64,000 bases of DNA from Basidiobolus meristosporus CBS 931.73 (Eukaryota; Fungi; Basidiobolomycota): NCBI GenBank assembly GCA_002104905.1, contig MCFE01000217.1, forward strand, positions 1-64,000. The letters run 5' to 3'. The notes beneath the pieces were generated by a model. That model ran no database searches, had not been told where the DNA came from, and was given only the letters and a program-made list of their open reading frames with translations. Shown here piece by piece: positions 61,300 to 64,000 of the stretch. Every line of letters begins with the position of its first letter. The first letter of the stretch is position 1. Made by a program: the position numbers and the translations under genes.

Positions 61300-62500
61300 G
61301 TTCAGCATTGTCAATAAGTGTTGCAAGCATGCGTCTGTTTCTATGAACTGTATCTTCTAATATATTTGCTTAGTTGCCTACTAGTTAGTGAGTTGTAAAT
61401 AATCATTCTCTGATGAACATGAGGATTCATTTCAAGAAATGTGTTGGATATAAGGAACTTATCAAAAAGTATTGATAATGTCATTGGGTTTGGTTATGCG
61501 CAATCTCCTGGAATCTTTGGTTTGCATGCATATGCTTGGGAAAATGGCTATTGTTAAGTAGTGTTGTGCACCCTAGCTCTGCAGGCAAACAGTGCTTAGT
61601 CATTGTGCTGATTCCATATGTTACTGCTTCATTTTTATACTTGGTCAGCACTTTCCCAAGTAAACAATTATATTGCTCAGTAATTTCATTAGTTCTAGGC
61701 TGATAAGCAGAGGTTTTTGGATGTTTGATCTGTTGTATTTCCAGGTAGGCTTCTAACATTTCTGCCATGAAGTTGGCTCCTCAGATAGATAAGATTTTCA
61801 CAGGGCATCCAAACTTTTTAAGTATCTCCTTGTATATGAAGCTTGTATAATAGTTTCCCTGAGTTCAAGGTCACTTAAAATAAGTATTCTTTGTGATAGA
61901 GTAGGTAAGTTCTGAGTGCTCTTCAACCTTGTCCTCCACTTCACTATATTCTTGGGCTTCAATATGGCTGAAGTTACTTGTTGACTGATGTACATATCTT
62001 CTTTGATGGCAGTACTTTGAGATGCACCTATGCTGCTGGCAATTGCACAATGTCCTTTCCTCAGGCATTCTTGCCAGCTGGGATTCTTCTACATAGTATC
62101 TATATTCATTAGCACTGCTTCTAGTTGCTTCTTTCATAGTGACTACAGCATCTCTGATTAGTCACTGTAGGCTTTCCAACCCTGGACATAGTTGAATCAT
62201 AGTTGATGGCAATCCTGATAGCTTCTGTGATAGTATCAGGTCTTTGATAATTCACTTATTGCAAGTTCTGTCTTTTGACTCATCACTGAAGTATTCAACT
62301 TGATCAAGACATTCCAATCTTTCAATCTGCATGGACCATTCCTTACTGTCTGAGTGTCCTCAGCATCCTTCTTAGCAGTGTCTGCTGTTATGCAGGCTCA
62401 AAAGCATCCTGAGTTTCCAACACAAACTCATCCTATGTAGAGATTGTAGAGCACTCTATCATAGTGGCAGTTCTATTCTTGCTGTGTTACCACTGTAAAG
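61300..62500 (-). mobile_element. internally deleted Ty3/gypsy relic (gag joined to integrase)
   Basis: YQRPDTITEAIRIAINYDS (gag, ~62195-62255) and IYKEILKKFGCPVKILS..GANFMAEMLEAYLEIQQIKHPKTSAYQPRTN (integrase, ~61690-61840). Confidence 0.7.
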
Positions 62501-62539
62501 CTGCATCTGCCAAGTATTCACTCATTCATACAGTTCCAT

Positions 62540-64000
62540 TCTCTCAAATATAAGACTGTCTTATACTTACATAAGTACTGACAAAAAGATAATAAAGTAG
62601 CACTGCATTGTTAAGTGTCAAACTGTTTTCCCCATGAACAAGACTAAATTGATGCAACATGGTCAGAGAAGAGAAAAAAGACCATGTAGCTATTATTGCT
62701 AGCCTCTCAGCCATGAAGCATGCCAGCAGAATAAGAACTATTGCAAGGATCATGACCAGTGCCTTGCTACACAAGTAATAGTTGGGCAATTATTAATTAC
62801 TACTTTACCAACAATTTCAGGCCAGTCACCAGCTACTTATGCAACAGCACCTTGCCATACCTGTCACCCTGCACAAATTGTGTCAGATGAGCTTGTGATG
62901 CCACATGGCTCACCTCAACCTTATCAAAATGGTCTGTATAGCAATTGCTCCAATGAAGAAGGCCCCTGGATTGACTGTGAGCCCATATCCCCTCAAGCAA
63001 GTACCATACATGAGCCCAGAAAAACACCAATATACAATGAGAAAATACCCTTAAATAATAACCAAGAATACTTTATGAGGCAAGTGAGCCCTGTATTCAA
63101 TTACTGATGAATGCTACAATGTTCTGGCCAGAGAAGTGGCATACTTCCACCAATACCAGCAATGGGAGCTTTGAGGATTTATTGCTTCTGATTGCCAAAG
63201 TGATTCCAGGATACAACTTAAAAATGAGCCTAGTGCAAATAAAATACTATTGTGCAGTATCCTGTATGATCCTGGAACAAACCTAAAATGCAATGAGACA
63301 GAACTGTGGAAAGTGATGCTATGGATACATTATGGAGCCAAGTGGGCCCAGAAGCCTACTTGCAGGTAAATAATATTAAATAAATGGCTTGTGTTAAATA
63401 ACAATATTAATGGGGAAATTGAGGATTTACTGTAAATTCTAGCCAAAATCCTTCTGGAATGCAACCTGCTATGTGTTTAGTACAAAGAGACAGCCATTGT
63501 ATGGCTGGCAGTATATGAACCAGAGACTCTCCTGATAACAGCATGTGGCAACAGTTGCATTGGATTAACATTGGAAAATACTGCCATTGCACTGTGACTA
63601 ACTTGTCAGGAATATCACAATCAAAAGAGGAAATCATTGCTTACACCCTGTATATATTGTAGTTGCACCCTGTCTTAAAATGCTCATGCAGTCCAGCAAA
63701 TAATGCAAAGCTATAAAACACCCACAAAGTATCAATAAAGTACAAGCAATTTCAATAAATTTGATGTCAAATCTCACAAAAAACTAAGAAGCAAGGGTTA
63801 CTTTGAAGCTATGTATGGCAATCTCTGTGACTTGGTACCTGCTCCATTCTCACTGACAAGTACCCTGCCTGCAAATCTTCCTTGCCACTGATACTTATCA
63901 TGCCAAAATACCCATCTGTACCCATTGCAGGATGTGCTTTTTATGTTATCTAGCAGGATACTAGTAAATGACATTCATGTTAAAGAGCAAATTATAATCT
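62540..64000 (+). mobile_element. CACTA-like element 5' portion, running off the window
   Basis: N-terminal homolog of 38560-39030. 63750-63900 is homologous to tnp2 sequence at 12390-12550 (aactaagaagcaagggt). Confidence 0.6.

Noticed and set aside
46621-61805. Apparent 15-kb CACTA element bounded by cat|ccctgtgaga... and ...ttttcacaggg|cat
   Set aside because: The right 'terminus' is coding sequence of the gypsy integrase (GCPVKILS on the minus strand), and the two flanks are unrelated. The ccctgtgagaaaaaa at 46621 may still be an orphan terminus.
1-64000. CRISPR array, rRNA or spliceosomal snRNA
   Set aside because: No regularly spaced repeat-spacer units and no rRNA or U1/U2/U6 signature were seen. 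The dispersed repeats are LTRs and MITEs.

Overview
Eukaryotic genomic DNA with short GT-AG introns and LTR retrotransposons. It is probably a fungus outside the Dikarya yeasts; this is an inference from gene content, not a database result. The window alternates between CpG-normal gene islands and sharply bounded AT-rich, CpG-depleted transposon blocks (~8.9-17.6 kb, ~23.9-26.5 kb, ~38.2-64 kb). Five host genes are well supported: an intron-rich Slo/BK-family K+ channel (1112-5490, -), an MFSD1-like MFS transporter (19238-20632, +), GlcNAc-6-phosphate deacetylase (21893-23101, +), a CBM21 glycogen-targeting PP1 subunit (30829-32007, -) and a 3'-5' exonuclease with a tandem pseudo-nuclease plus nuclease layout (35646-37118, -). 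The repeat blocks hold two near-complete, decayed copies of one Ty1/copia family in inverted orientation, with several solo or partial LTRs. They also hold a PIF/Harbinger-IS5-like transposase that copy A splits in frame, several CACTA-like (tnp2) relics, a 321-bp MITE with a demonstrable empty site, and Ty3/gypsy relics. Aligned copies show paired TG/CA changes that point to CpG-targeted mutation of repeats. No CRISPR array, rRNA or convincing tRNA was found. Identities were estimated by eye and relic boundaries are approximate.
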